In this document: positions 1 to 9,556 of the stretch, one piece after another
Layout of the letters: each line of letters opens with the position of its first letter
Position numbering within the stretch: the first letter of the stretch is position 1
From: Acidobacteriota bacterium
Lineage (GTDB): Bacteria > Acidobacteriota > UBA890 > WLXD01
Assembly (NCBI GenBank): GCA_965248695.1
Contig: CBDFKD010000002.1
Coordinates: 64,001-128,000, forward strand
Length of the DNA stretch: 64,000 bases
Direction: 5' to 3'
Notes under the pieces: model-generated
The model's input: only the letters and a program-made list of their open reading frames with translations
Databases searched by the model: none
What the model was told of the DNA's origin: nothing
Program-made: the position numbers and the translations under genes

Positions 1-1619
1 GAGTACTCGTTCTGTTGCGCGAAGTCACGACCCAGGAAGATCTCACCGCTGCCGCTTCGGAAAGTGAGCGGGCCCACGCGAGTGCTCATGCCCCATTCGG
101 TCACCATCCGACGAGCCAGTTCGGTGACGCGGTCCAGATCGTTTCCGGCCCCGGTGGTCTTTTCCTCCAGGACGATCTCCTCGGCGATGCGACCGCCGAG
201 CAGGACTTGCACCTGCGTCTCGAGATAGCTGAGGCTGTAGTTGTGCCGGTCGTCCAGGGGCATCTGTTGGGTGGCGCCCAGCGCGCGGCCACGAGGGATG
301 ATGGTGACCTTGTGCAGCGGATCGGCGTTGGGCAGCAGGAACGCGACCAGCGCGTGACCCGCCTCGTGATACGCGGTAATGCGCTTCTCCGCGTCGGAAA
401 TGATCATGCTGCGGCGCTCGGCGCCCATCAGCACCTTGTCCTTGGCGTATTCGAAGTCGTCCATCACGACCTTGTCTCGATCGTGGCGGGCAGCAAACAA
501 CGCTGCTTCGTTGACCAGATTCTCCAGGTCCGCTCCGCTGAACCCCGGAGTGCTGCGTGCCACCACCGACAGATCAACGTCGGCGGCGAGCGGGATGTGC
601 CGGCTGTGCACCTTGAGGATCCCCTCGCGCCCCCGGATATCGGGAAGATCGACCATCACTCGGCGATCGAAGCGCCCGGGCCGCAACAGCGCCGGATCGA
701 GCACGTCGGGTCGGTTCGTCGCCGCCATCAAGATGACGCCTTCGTTGCTGACGAAGCCATCCATCTCCACGAGCAGCTGGTTGAGCGTCTGCTCGCGCTC
801 ATCGTGACCACCACCCAGACCGGCGCCGCGATGCCGGCCGACGGCGTCAATCTCGTCGATGAACACGATGCAGGGAGCGTTCTTCTTACCCTGCTCGAAC
901 AGATCCCGTACGCGTGAAGCGCCAACGCCGACAAACATCTCGACGAAGTCGGACCCGGAGATGGAGAAGAACGGAACGCTCGCCTCGCCGGCCACCGCAC
1001 GACCCATGAGAGTCTTGCCAGTACCCGGCGGACCGATCAGCAGTACGCCTTTCGGTATGCGTCCGCCGAGGCGCTGGAACTTCTGCGGCTCCCGCAGGAA
1101 CTCGATGATCTCGGAGAGCTCCTCCTTGGCTTCATCGGCGCCGGCGACGTCTTTGAATGTGACCTTTTTCTGCTGATTCGACGACAGACGAGCGCGGCTC
1201 TTGCCGAACGCCAAGGCACGATTACCGCCGCTCTGCATCTGCCGCATGAAGAAGATCCAGACCGCGATCAAAATCAGCATCGGGGCCCACGAGATCAACG
1301 CCGCGATGTAGGGGCTCTGGTTGGCGGCCTCCACCTCCATGCCAACGCCGTTCGCGCGCAGCGTGTCGACCAGGCCGTCCCAGCCTTCCGGTCTGACGGT
1401 GGTGAACGGTCGGCCGCTCTCGACGAACTCCCCCTCGATCGTCGCGCCGGTGATTTTCACCTGTGCGACCTCGCGACTCTCGACGCGGTCGAGGAAGTCG
1501 GAGAACGGGATCTCCGTGTCGGGCGGAGTGGTCTCGTTGAACACGTTGTAGACTACGATGGCGATGGCGATGACCACCAGCCACAATGCTACCTGTTTTA
1601 TCCCGGCACCAGCATTCAT
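1..1619 (-). CDS. ftsH: ATP-dependent zinc metalloprotease FtsH (3' end runs off the window)
   Basis: Read manually on the minus strand: [16 protein letters not shown]..., two TM segments, Walker A GPPGTGKT, Walker [16 protein letters not shown] zinc motif; GGAG RBS before ATG 1619. Confidence 0.97.
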   Translation of the reverse strand, partial: MNAGAGIKQVALWLVVIAIAIVVYNVFNETTPPDTEIPFSDFLDRVESREVAQVKITGATIEGEFVESGRPFTTVRPEGWDGLVDTLRANGVGMEVEAANQSPYIAALISWAPMLILIAVWIFFMRQMQSGGNRALAFGKSRARLSSNQQKKVTFKDVAGADEAKEELSEIIEFLREPQKFQRLGGRIPKGVLLIGPPGTGKTLMGRAVAGEASVPFFSISGSDFVEMFVGVGASRVRDLFEQGKKNAPCIVFIDEIDAVGRHRGAGLGGGHDEREQTLNQLLVEMDGFVSNEGVILMAATNRPDVLDPALLRPGRFDRRVMVDLPDIRGREGILKVHSRHIPLAADVDLSVVARSTPGFSGADLENLVNEAALFAARHDRDKVVMDDFEYAKDKVLMGAERRSMIISDAEKRITAYHEAGHALVAFLLPNADPLHKVTIIPRGRALGATQQMPLDDRHNYSLSYLETQVQVLLGGRIAEEIVLEEKTTGAGNDLDRVTELARRMVTEWGMSTRVGPLTFRSGSGEIFLGRDFAQQNEY

Positions 1620-1675
1620 GAGGTCTCCAGAGTACACCAACCAGAACAAGGCGAGCTAGCTTGTTCGAACCGGCT

Positions 1676-2707
1676 TCAGGGCCTGTCCGGGGCCGCCAAA
1701 CGGCGATTTTCCAGCGGCAGCAGGCGCAGGCGCCCCGCCTCCAGGCGAACCCGCACGCCGGGAAGATCCCGCGCCGATTCCGCCCCGCTAAGCAGCCGGT
1801 CGACGATGGCTCCGATATGTGCTTGGTGAAGACCGCTCAGTCCACCTCGAACTTCAGACAGCGCCCGGCGTAGCACGCGTGTGAGGAGCGCCGGCGGCAG
1901 GCCGTGAAGCACCGCGACATCCAGCGCCAGACCGCGTACATGCGCCTCGTCACGGCGCGCACAGGCCAGCGCGTCGCGCACCAGACCCGCGAGCCACTCG
2001 TCGTCCTGCTCGAGCAGCTCGGCGGTCCGGCCGATGCTCTCCACGGCTCCCGGCAGAGCTTCCTCGAGAGCGGGCATCACGAGCCCGCGGACGCGGTTGC
2101 GGGTGAATCGATGGTCGTTGTTCGAAACGTCCTCGCGCCAGGTCAGGCCGCGCGCCTGGGCGTGCCGGCGCAGCGCCTGTCGCCGTAGCCCCAGCATCGG
2201 GCGGACCAGGAGCAAGCCGTGCACACGGTTGCGCCAGCGCATTGCCGCCAGCCCGCGGCGACCGGAGCCGCGCGCCAGATTCATGATGACGGTTTCGGCC
2301 CGATCATCGAGCGTATGGCCCAGCATCGCGGCGTCGGCACCGATGCGGTTGACGGTCTCCGCCAGGAAGCTGTGCCTGGCGTTCCGCAGCCGCTCCTCGA
2401 GCCCACCGGCGGCGGCATTCGCGTCCTCGAGGCGGCCAATCTCACAGACGACACCGTACCGCTGCGCCAGCTCTGCAACATGGCGCTCGTCGGCCTCCGA
2501 ATCGGGTCCGCGCAGGCCGTGATTCAGGTGCGCCAGGGTAACGCGAACATCGAATCGGGGAGCGAGATCGACCATCAGGTCAGCCAGCGCGACGGAGTCG
2601 CCGCCGCCGCTGCAGGCCACCACCACGTGACGAACTCCACGCAGCAGCCCGCGGCGCTCGACCGCCTCGATGACCGCATCCTGCACCGTCGTCTCGCGCC
2701 CGGACAT
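1676..2707 (-). CDS. tilS: tRNA(Ile)-lysidine synthetase (short form)
   Basis: PP-loop ACSGGGDS, HLNHGLRG, GHTLDD, RPML, RNRVR motifs; upstream of ftsH. Start set at ATG 2707 because the longer ORF overlaps a tRNA. Confidence 0.93.
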   Translation of the reverse strand: MSGRETTVQDAVIEAVERRGLLRGVRHVVVACSGGGDSVALADLMVDLAPRFDVRVTLAHLNHGLRGPDSEADERHVAELAQRYGVVCEIGRLEDANAAAGGLEERLRNARHSFLAETVNRIGADAAMLGHTLDDRAETVIMNLARGSGRRGLAAMRWRNRVHGLLLVRPMLGLRRQALRRHAQARGLTWREDVSNNDHRFTRNRVRGLVMPALEEALPGAVESIGRTAELLEQDDEWLAGLVRDALACARRDEAHVRGLALDVAVLHGLPPALLTRVLRRALSEVRGGLSGLHQAHIGAIVDRLLSGAESARDLPGVRVRLEAGRLRLLPLENRRLAAPDRP

Positions 2708-2801
2708 AACTCGACTCACTGCTGCCTTGGCGCCCGGCGCACCTGCGCGCGCTGAGGCGATCAGAGCGCTCGAAACTGCTGACGCCGCACGCTCAAAATA
2801 G

Positions 2802-2874
2802 TGGCGGTGGAGGGACTTGAACCCCCGACTCGGCGGATATGAGCCGCCTGCTCTGCCGACTGAGCTACACCGCC
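2802..2874 (-). tRNA. tRNA with CAT anticodon (probably elongator tRNA-Met; Ile2 not excluded)
   Basis: GGCGGTG TAGCTCAGTCGGCAGAGCA GGCGG-CTCATAT-CCGCC GAGTC GGGGG-TTCAAGT-CCCTC CACCGCC A; complete cloverleaf, CCA not encoded. Confidence 0.93.
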
Positions 2875-3201
2875 AGGCGTGGCGCGCAGCGCGCGGTGAC
2901 TGACCAGGCAACGGCCGTCCCAGACCCTGCCACGACGGGCCCTTCCGCCGTTGGATGGTAGGTGCCGTACCCCGTGATGTCAAAGCGCATTCCGGCCGCC
3001 GTGCGGTGCCACCTCGCCCGCACGGGCCTCGATTGAAGGGTCCCGGCCGGGCCTGTCCGGCGGCCGTGTTTTTGGGTTTGCTCGGGCTTTCTTCGGCCTG
3101 CCAAACTCACCGCAGTCATACCCCGAAACCGGCCCGAACTGGCCCTCGGCACGGCACACGAGCCGCCCCGAGTGCCTGGCTCGACACCTGGGAGTTCCGA
3201 G

Positions 3202-3732
3202 ATGCGCAAGAACGCGCCGACAATCTGCATGATCGGCCTACTCGCCCTTATCGGGCTCGGGTGCGTCGAACACAAAGGACAGCTGGCCGTCTTCATGACG
3301 AGCGGCTCCACATCGACCGCCGCGGTCACGACCGCCGCACAACAGGTGACCGTGGAAGTCGTCGGCGTCGACATTCTCGACGACGAATCAGGCAACTACA
3401 TCACCTTGTCAGCCGGCAGCCAGCTCTATGAGATCCTCGGGCTCGGCAGCAACGTGCACCTTCTGGCGCTTGCCAACCAGCTTAACGAAGGCACCTACCA
3501 GCAGGTCCGCATTCGCTTCTCCGAGGCCAACAGCACGGTGATCAACGCCGGAGGTCGAAGCTCGAAGCTGAAGATCGATCCGGAGTCCGTCACGGTAGCG
3601 GTGCCCTTCAACGTTCTGACCGATGGCAGCACCGAGCTGACGATCGCACTGGACGTGGCGCAGAGCTTGTCGCAGAAGGCTAACGGCGCGTGGGTGCTGC
3701 GTCCGGTGTTCCGTCCGGTAGCGACCAACTAG
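3202..3732 (+). CDS. Lipoprotein, DUF4382-like
   Basis: Signal peptide with lipobox LIGLGC; EGTYQQVRIRF, LTIALDVAQSL and WVLRPV resemble DUF4382. Confidence 0.65.
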   Translation: MRKNAPTICMIGLLALIGLGCVEHKGQLAVFMTSGSTSTAAVTTAAQQVTVEVVGVDILDDESGNYITLSAGSQLYEILGLGSNVHLLALANQLNEGTYQQVRIRFSEANSTVINAGGRSSKLKIDPESVTVAVPFNVLTDGSTELTIALDVAQSLSQKANGAWVLRPVFRPVATN

Positions 3733-3752
3733 CGCCTCGAGCCGACGCCGGG

Positions 3753-5021
3753 CTAGCCGGAGAACGGATCGCCATCGGCACGGTCCTCGTCGTACCAGAT
3801 CTGCCCTTCGGAAGCGGCAACCACCACTGCCGCTGACGCGTCACCGGTGATGTTGGTCGCCGTGCGCAGCATGTCGACGATCCGGTCAACTCCCAGAATC
3901 AGAGCGATACCCTCGAGTGGCAGGCCGAGCTGCTCCAGGACCATCGCCAGGGTGATCAGGCCGACGCCGGGCACGCCGGCAGCGCCGATAGAGGCGATCG
4001 TTGCCATGAGCACGATGGTCAACTGACCGCCGATCCCGAGCTCGATGCCGTAGACCTGGGCGATGAACACCGTCGCCACGCCCTGGTACAGAGCGGTGCC
4101 GTCCATGTTGACGGTAGCGCCGAGCGGCAGGACGAATGCCGCGACCTGCTCCGACACGCCGAGCTTGGTGACCGTGCGATCCATCGTCACCGGCAGCGTG
4201 GCGCTGCTCGAGGAGGTGGAGAACGCCACCAGCTGCGCCGGCCGGATGGCGGCAAAGAAGCGTCGCACGGATACCTTCCCGAGCCACCTCACGACGGTGC
4301 CGTAGACCAGCGTCATGTGTAGCAACAGCCCGACGACGACGCACAGCGTGTACAGCGCCAGCACGCGCAGGATATCCAGCCCGAACTGGCCGACCGCCGC
4401 GGCAATGAGCGCCAACACCCCGATCGGCGCCATGCGCATCACGATGTGGACAATCTGGATCATCGCCTCGCTGACGCCGTCGAAGAACACCAAGACCGAC
4501 TCGCGGTGCGACTTCTTGGGAATGAGCGTCAGCGCCACTCCGAACAGGATGGCAAAGAAGATGATCTGCAACATGTTGCCGGTCGCCAGTGCCTCGATCG
4601 GGTTGGTGGGCACGATCGCCAGGAGCGTATCCACTACGCTGGGGCGATCGCGCATGCGCTCGGCGTCGGCCTCGCTTCCGAAGCTGGCGAGCAACTGCTC
4701 CTGGGCCGCGGAGTCGATGCCGGCGCCCGGTTGCACCGCGTTCGCTAGCAGCAGGCCGATGGTGATGGCGATGGCCGTCGTGCACAGGTAGTACGCCATC
4801 GTCTTGCCGCCGATACGTCCGAGCTTCTTGGGATCCCCGACGGTGGCCGTGCCGACCAGCAGCGACGAGAAGACCAGCGGCACTACGACCAGCCGTATCA
4901 ACCTCAGGAACAGGTCGCCAATCGGCCGCAGCATCGTGGCACCGTCGGCAAAGACCGCGCCGACGAGGATGCCGACGACCATGCCGATCGCGATCTGGGT
5001 GGGCAGCGACAGCTTTCGCAT
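3753..5021 (-). CDS. Dicarboxylate/amino acid:cation symporter (GltP/DAACS family)
   Basis: AFSTSSSSATLP, GATVNMDGTALY and DMLRTATNITGD motifs; polytopic membrane protein. Confidence 0.95.
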   Translation of the reverse strand: MRKLSLPTQIAIGMVVGILVGAVFADGATMLRPIGDLFLRLIRLVVVPLVFSSLLVGTATVGDPKKLGRIGGKTMAYYLCTTAIAITIGLLLANAVQPGAGIDSAAQEQLLASFGSEADAERMRDRPSVVDTLLAIVPTNPIEALATGNMLQIIFFAILFGVALTLIPKKSHRESVLVFFDGVSEAMIQIVHIVMRMAPIGVLALIAAAVGQFGLDILRVLALYTLCVVVGLLLHMTLVYGTVVRWLGKVSVRRFFAAIRPAQLVAFSTSSSSATLPVTMDRTVTKLGVSEQVAAFVLPLGATVNMDGTALYQGVATVFIAQVYGIELGIGGQLTIVLMATIASIGAAGVPGVGLITLAMVLEQLGLPLEGIALILGVDRIVDMLRTATNITGDASAAVVVAASEGQIWYDEDRADGDPFSG

Positions 5022-5120
5022 TCAGGCGTCCCGGGTCGCAAAGAAGGTCATCAGCCGATGCTCGATGGGTCAGAGGCGGCGCCAGCTTACCAGTGCAAAC
5101 GCGCGGCGTTGATCGGCACG

Positions 5121-5155
5121 AAAAAAGCTCCGGGAGACGCTTGTCTCCCGGAGCT
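5121..5155 (-). terminator. Intrinsic terminator of carD
   Basis: Perfect 13-bp stem AGCTCCGGGAGAC/GTCTCCCGGAGCT with a 4-nt loop, followed by a U-tract on the minus strand. Confidence 0.85.
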
Positions 5156-5176
5156 GAATCCCGCCGGCGTCGTGGG

Positions 5177-5701
5177 TCAGGACGCCTTGAGATCGCGCGC
5201 CGCATTGCGCGCCTCGATGCAATCGTCCAGGGCCGTTTCGACGTCCCCTTGCACGATCTCCTCGGTGCGGTTCTGCACCATGGCGATCTCGGAGATGATC
5301 AGACCCTTCGCCTTGTCGTACATGCGCTTCTCCCGATAGGAAAGCGCCTTGCGCTGCGACAGGTGTTGCAGGTTCTTGAGAACGTCAGCCATCTCGAAAA
5401 GATGCCCTGAGCGCATCTTCTCGGCGTTTTCCTTGTAGCGACCCTTCCAGTTGCTGTGGGTCTCGAAGTTGTGATCACGCAGATGCTTGAACAGCCTTCG
5501 GATCTGCGTCTTGCCGAAGATCTTGCGGAGTCCGACCGCCTTGGAGTTGCCGACCGGAACCATCACCGTGGTTTCGTTCGCGAATAGCCGGAGGTGGTAG
5601 AAGTCCTGGTCGAGACCGGCGATTTGGGTCTGCTTGACTTCCTCTATGATCCCCACGCCGTGGTTCGGATAGACGACATAGTCGCCGACTTCAAAGCGCA
5701 A
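5177..5701 (-). CDS. carD: CarD family transcription factor
   Basis: FEVGDYVVYPNHGVG, MVPV...GLR, NWKGRY and LIISEIA motifs; TTG start after AGGAG. Confidence 0.92.
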   Translation of the reverse strand: MRFEVGDYVVYPNHGVGIIEEVKQTQIAGLDQDFYHLRLFANETTVMVPVGNSKAVGLRKIFGKTQIRRLFKHLRDHNFETHSNWKGRYKENAEKMRSGHLFEMADVLKNLQHLSQRKALSYREKRMYDKAKGLIISEIAMVQNRTEEIVQGDVETALDDCIEARNAARDLKAS

Positions 5702-5756
5702 ATGGATCTCCTGATGTTTACGAGCGGGCTGCTGCAGAACGTGCGGGAAGTTCCTT

Positions 5757-5785
5757 AGTATATTCGAAAATGAGGCAAAATTCAA
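5757..5785 (-). promoter_or_regulatory. sigma70-type promoter of carD
   Basis: TTGAAT-N17-TATACT on the minus strand in an AT-rich patch. Confidence 0.7.
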
Positions 5786-5866
5786 CGCCCGGATCAGCCC
5801 GTAGAGCCCACCGCTACGGGCGGTTTCAGGATTCTCCGGCCCTGATGTGCAGCCTGCGGCATCCGG

Positions 5867-5894
5867 TTGACAAGCGCGGCCCGGCGACCATAAT
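5867..5894 (+). promoter_or_regulatory. sigma70-type promoter firing into the ORF-free structured region
   Basis: TTGACA (5867-72)-N16-CATAAT (5889-94). Confidence 0.7.
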
Positions 5895-5897
5895 CAG

Positions 5898-6187
5898 GGC
5901 GGTTCGGGCGATCCTCATGGCCGCGCGGCGCGCGCCTGCGATCTCCGGCAACAACAATCAGGTAATACCGGCTCGCAACATGGCTCGCCCGAAAGGGCGC
6001 CAGTAACACCGGTGTGCGGCGCAGCCCCGACCGCATATCGGGCGGGAGGCTTACTGGTCGGCTTCCGAAGCCATGCGCGCTCCGGTGTGAACGTGGCCGA
6101 AAGGGGCAGACCTCGTTCCGCGCCTGGTTGGCCGGTGCCGCTTGCCGCATCGCGAGGAGGCTGTTCGCGAGGATCGCCCGTTCCGTC
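5898..6187 (+). ncRNA. Candidate ~290-nt structured non-coding RNA, family unrecognised
   Basis: Closing helix 5905-16/6169-80 (12 bp, perfect); nested helices 5945-49/6131-35, 5955-62/6123-30, 5965-71/6082-88, 5979-85/6069-75, 6000-06/6051-57; two GAAA-capped hairpins; own promoter; no credible ORF. Confidence 0.7.
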
Positions 6188-8412
6188 TACTGGAGGGCGT
6201 CGCGGCTCGCCGGTGGGGTACCAGCGACCCGTGAGTCGGCCGCCGCGCGCAGGCTGGTCGCGGCCGCGACGAGCTCGACCGTAGCCGTCCGCATCGATGT
6301 CGCCAGATCGTCGAGCTCGACCGCCAGGGCAGCACCGTCGCCATCCCGCAGCGCGCGCTGAACTCCGGGCAACAACTCGGACGCATAGAGGTCGCCGTCG
6401 GACGGCGCGTAGACCAGGTTGTTGAACCATGGGCGCGCCGCGAGCCCACCGGCCCGCGTGAAGGCTCGTTCGACCCGCAGCAAATGGTCGTTGACCGGTT
6501 GCAGCCCCGCCGCTATCCGACCCACAGAATTCTTTTGCAGTGTCAGACGGGTATGCGCCTCGAGCTCACCGGCGGCGGCCGCCAGACGACCGAGGGCACG
6601 CCATACAAGCTCGGTGCCAGCGGTACGGGCGTTGGCCCCCGGACCGGCGAGAGCGGCATCGACGTTGCTCAGCGCCGTAGCCAGCTCTGCGGCCTGATCA
6701 CGGTAATCCAGCGGCAGCACGTCCGCGCTTGCCAGGCGCCAGCCGAGCACCGCCGCCAGCGCCGCTACGGCGCGGTGCTGCCGGTAGCCGGGATCGCCGA
6801 ATCGCTCCACGAAGGTGTTGGTGTCATACGCCGAGTGGTACACGCCTGAGCTTCCCGAAAACCCGAAGCTCATGGTCGGCACACCGAGCACAGCAAAGAA
6901 GGGTGCGTCATCAGAGCCGCCAGCCGGGAGCGATACGCGCGGCTCACCGCTGGGAAGCATGGCCGCCCGCCGCCGCCAGGAGTCGTAGACGGTGGTGGTC
7001 GGCAACGTCGGGTCGGCGACCACCTTGGATGTATCGCGGATGAGGGTGCGCAGCGAAGGCGACGCCGTGGCGGAGAAATAGGGGCCACCTACGACACCGT
7101 CGAGATTGATATAGGCGACGGCGGAGTCCCGTAGCTGATCCGCGTACGCCTCCGTCCACTCGGTGGAACCGATCAACCCCCACTCCTCTGCGTCCCACGC
7201 AGCGAACAGAATGCTACGCCGGGGCGGCCAGCCGGCGGCGCTCAGCTCCGCCAGTACGCGCGCCGACTCCAGTAGAGCCACCGTGCCCGAGAGGTTGTCC
7301 ATCGCCCCGGCCGTCCAGGAGTCGTAGTGCGCCCCGAGGATTACCCACTCGTCCGGACGCTCCCGCCCGCGAAGCGTCCCGACAACGTTGCGGATGCGTC
7401 GCATCGGAGCGTCATCGAGCTCGACCCACACACGCGCCCTGACGCCGCCGAGGCCGACGTGATAGCGAAACGGGAGGGCTCCCTGCCAACCTGAGGGCGC
7501 TTCGGCGCCTTCCAGGTGTTGCAGAAGCTCGGCTGCCGAGGCGTAGCTCAACGCGACGACGGGGATCGAGGGCAAGGGCGTTGCGGGAACTTGCTGAGCG
7601 GCCGCGGCAGCGCCGACGGTCGCTGGCAGTCCGGGCGTGTTGGGGTCGCCCGGTGGTCCCGTACGTACGGAGCCGCGCTGCACCCCGGTCCACGGCCGGT
7701 ACGGACCACGCGGATAGACGTCGCCGCGGTAGTAGCCGTCGTCGAACGGATCCGAGTACAGGAGCACCGCCGCCGCACCGGCGGCTTCGGCGTTGCGTAC
7801 CTTCGCACCGCGAAACACATTGCCGTATCGCATCACGACGATCTTGCCGGTGACATCCGCGTTCAGTGCTCGGAGAGCGGTGAAATCCGCCGTCGTCCCA
7901 TAGTTGGCGTAGACCACGCCGGCTTCCACGTTGCCGGCTGCCGAGTACGCCGCCACTGCCGGATACCGACTGGCGTCACTGTCGGGGTCGTCGGTCAGTG
8001 GTTCCTCATCGAGGGTCAGCGTCAGCGGAGCCGGCGTCAGGCGGTCGACGCGCGCAGCGCGCGCGTGCGGCAATAGGACGTTGTACTCATGAACCTTGAC
8101 GTCGAGGCCCCAGCTCGTCATCCGATCGGCGATCTTGCCGGCGGCGCGCGCCGCTGCCGGTGTGCCGGCCACCCGCGCCTCGCCCCCAAGCTGCTGCGCC
8201 AGAGCGCGCAATCGGTCAGCATCGGGCGTCGTCGCGAGGCGTTGCTCGCGCTCGATGGCGGCCCCCCAAGGAGCCTGGAACCCGCGTGGGCCGGACACCA
8301 GCGGTACCTCGCCCCGTCCGGGCAACGCCGCCAGCAGCATCATCGCAGCCAGGAACCCGCGCAACGCGGCACGTGGCAAACTGGAGATGGTCCGTCGTTC
8401 GGTCGACAACAT
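6187..8412 (-). CDS. M28 family peptidase, glutamate carboxypeptidase II/transferrin-receptor-like (PA + dimerisation domains)
   Basis: Signal peptide; VYANYG, QRGSV, GAHYDSW, GAMDN, WDAEEWGLIGSTEW, GSDD and YHSAYD motifs. Confidence 0.92.
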   Translation of the reverse strand: MLSTERRTISSLPRAALRGFLAAMMLLAALPGRGEVPLVSGPRGFQAPWGAAIEREQRLATTPDADRLRALAQQLGGEARVAGTPAAARAAGKIADRMTSWGLDVKVHEYNVLLPHARAARVDRLTPAPLTLTLDEEPLTDDPDSDASRYPAVAAYSAAGNVEAGVVYANYGTTADFTALRALNADVTGKIVVMRYGNVFRGAKVRNAEAAGAAAVLLYSDPFDDGYYRGDVYPRGPYRPWTGVQRGSVRTGPPGDPNTPGLPATVGAAAAAQQVPATPLPSIPVVALSYASAAELLQHLEGAEAPSGWQGALPFRYHVGLGGVRARVWVELDDAPMRRIRNVVGTLRGRERPDEWVILGAHYDSWTAGAMDNLSGTVALLESARVLAELSAAGWPPRRSILFAAWDAEEWGLIGSTEWTEAYADQLRDSAVAYINLDGVVGGPYFSATASPSLRTLIRDTSKVVADPTLPTTTVYDSWRRRAAMLPSGEPRVSLPAGGSDDAPFFAVLGVPTMSFGFSGSSGVYHSAYDTNTFVERFGDPGYRQHRAVAALAAVLGWRLASADVLPLDYRDQAAELATALSNVDAALAGPGANARTAGTELVWRALGRLAAAAGELEAHTRLTLQKNSVGRIAAGLQPVNDHLLRVERAFTRAGGLAARPWFNNLVYAPSDGDLYASELLPGVQRALRDGDGAALAVELDDLATSMRTATVELVAAATSLRAAADSRVAGTPPASRDALQ

Positions 8413-8493
8413 TGGGGCACACTAGAGTCCCCGGAAGACAAACTCAAAGCAGGGCGGCCACGCATGACCGTGGAAGGCTATCGACTTGGAAAA

Positions 8494-8509
8494 CGTCGGT
8501 ATACCGACG
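8494..8509. promoter_or_regulatory. 16-bp palindrome, probable activator-binding site (UAS)
   Basis: CGTCGGTATACCGACG is a perfect palindrome; a related GTCGGTAT half-site follows near 8525; ~120 bp upstream of a -24/-12 motif. Confidence 0.5.
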
Positions 8510-8624
8510 ACTGTCCGAAAACGGTGTCGGTATTTGAACGCTTGCTGCCGTCCGCGACAAGCTACGGTTCCGCGCTCGGCCCGTCACCACGGGCTCGGAG
8601 ACCGCGGGCGTGCAACCCGACCGT

Positions 8625-8640
8625 CGGCACGAAGCTTGCA
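8625..8640 (+). promoter_or_regulatory. sigma54-type (-24/-12) promoter
   Basis: CGGCACG-AAGC-TTGCA, i.e. GG-N10-GC matching TGGCACG-N4-TTGC. Confidence 0.65.
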
Positions 8641-8727
8641 GACATATCCGGTGGGTCGAGGTTGATGGGTTCGTCCGCTGCCGCACGCCACGGCGCGTCG
8701 GGCGTCCCCAATCGGAGGATGGTTCGA

Positions 8728-9546
8728 ATGAGCATCACTTGGTCTGAGATTCTCGACCGCGGTCGTCGACATCTGGCCTCGGGCTGTCGAGCGACGGCGT
8801 TAGGCGCGCTGCTGGTGCTCGTTCCCGCCGTGGCGCTGGCGGCCCCTGACGATGAGCCCGAGCCCACCGGCACGACACAAGGACCGGACTTCCGATTCAG
8901 TGCTCCGCGCAACACGCTGGGGATCCGTGTTGGTTACGCCTTCAACCGCGCCCAGGGCGAGATCTTCGATTTCTTGACCGACGAGCTGACGCTCGAGCCG
9001 TCCGACTTCAAGGGCGGGATCGTGGCGCTCGATTTCGGGTTTCGGATCTCCGACCGGGTCGACCTGGTGGCCGGTTTGGAATACAGCCGCACGAGCAAGG
9101 TCTCGGAATACCGCGACTTCGTCGACCAAGACGACATTCCGATCGTTCAGGAGACCGAGCTGACGCAGCTACCGCTGACGCTGAGCTTGAAATGGTACCT
9201 GGGATCGCGCGGCCAGCGTGTCGGTCAGTACGCCTGGGTGCCGCGGCCGGTCGTCCCCTACATCGGCGCGGGCGGCGGCTTCACGTGGTATGAGTTGAAG
9301 CAGGCTGGTGAGTTCGTCGATTTCCGCGACTTTGCCATCTTCCAGGACACGTTCACCTCAGACGGCTTTACCGCCGCCGCCCATGTGTTCGCTGGGCTGG
9401 ACATCAAGCTCACACCGTCCATCGGACTGATCATCGACGCGCGCTACCATTGGGCAAACGCTGATCTGAAAGACAGTTTCGTCGGCTTTGCGCCGATCGA
9501 TTTGAACGGATTGCACGCCACCGCGGGTGTGGCGTTCAAGTTCTAA
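8728..9546 (+). CDS. Outer-membrane beta-barrel protein
   Basis: Signal peptide, amphipathic beta strands, VVPYIGAGGG, C-terminal ...AGVAFKF; GGAGG RBS. Confidence 0.8.
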   Translation: MSITWSEILDRGRRHLASGCRATALGALLVLVPAVALAAPDDEPEPTGTTQGPDFRFSAPRNTLGIRVGYAFNRAQGEIFDFLTDELTLEPSDFKGGIVALDFGFRISDRVDLVAGLEYSRTSKVSEYRDFVDQDDIPIVQETELTQLPLTLSLKWYLGSRGQRVGQYAWVPRPVVPYIGAGGGFTWYELKQAGEFVDFRDFAIFQDTFTSDGFTAAAHVFAGLDIKLTPSIGLIIDARYHWANADLKDSFVGFAPIDLNGLHATAGVAFKF

Positions 9547-9556
9547 CGGAGGGGTC

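Noticed and set aside
15-917. 300-aa plus-strand ORF
   Set aside because: Antisense shadow of ftsH, which the ORF track missed because it runs off the window.
2708-2983. N-terminal extension of tilS
   Set aside because: Runs through the tRNA gene and has no TilS similarity.
5898-6187. Identification as RNase P, tmRNA, SRP, 6S, riboswitch or retron ncRNA
   Set aside because: No GAGGAAAGUCC, no tRNA-like ends, no SRP helix-8 CAGG...AGCAG motif, branched rather than 6S-like, no downstream co-oriented gene and no reverse transcriptase nearby. Judged by eye only; needs cmscan.
5770-6449. Several short overlapping ORFs in the carD-M28 gap
   Set aside because: No convincing RBS, Arg/Pro-rich non-protein-like translations; base-pairing explains the region better.
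8089-8727. Long upstream extension of the beta-barrel ORF
   Set aside because: Overlaps the divergent peptidase gene and the promoter elements; the RBS and signal peptide are at ~8714-8850.
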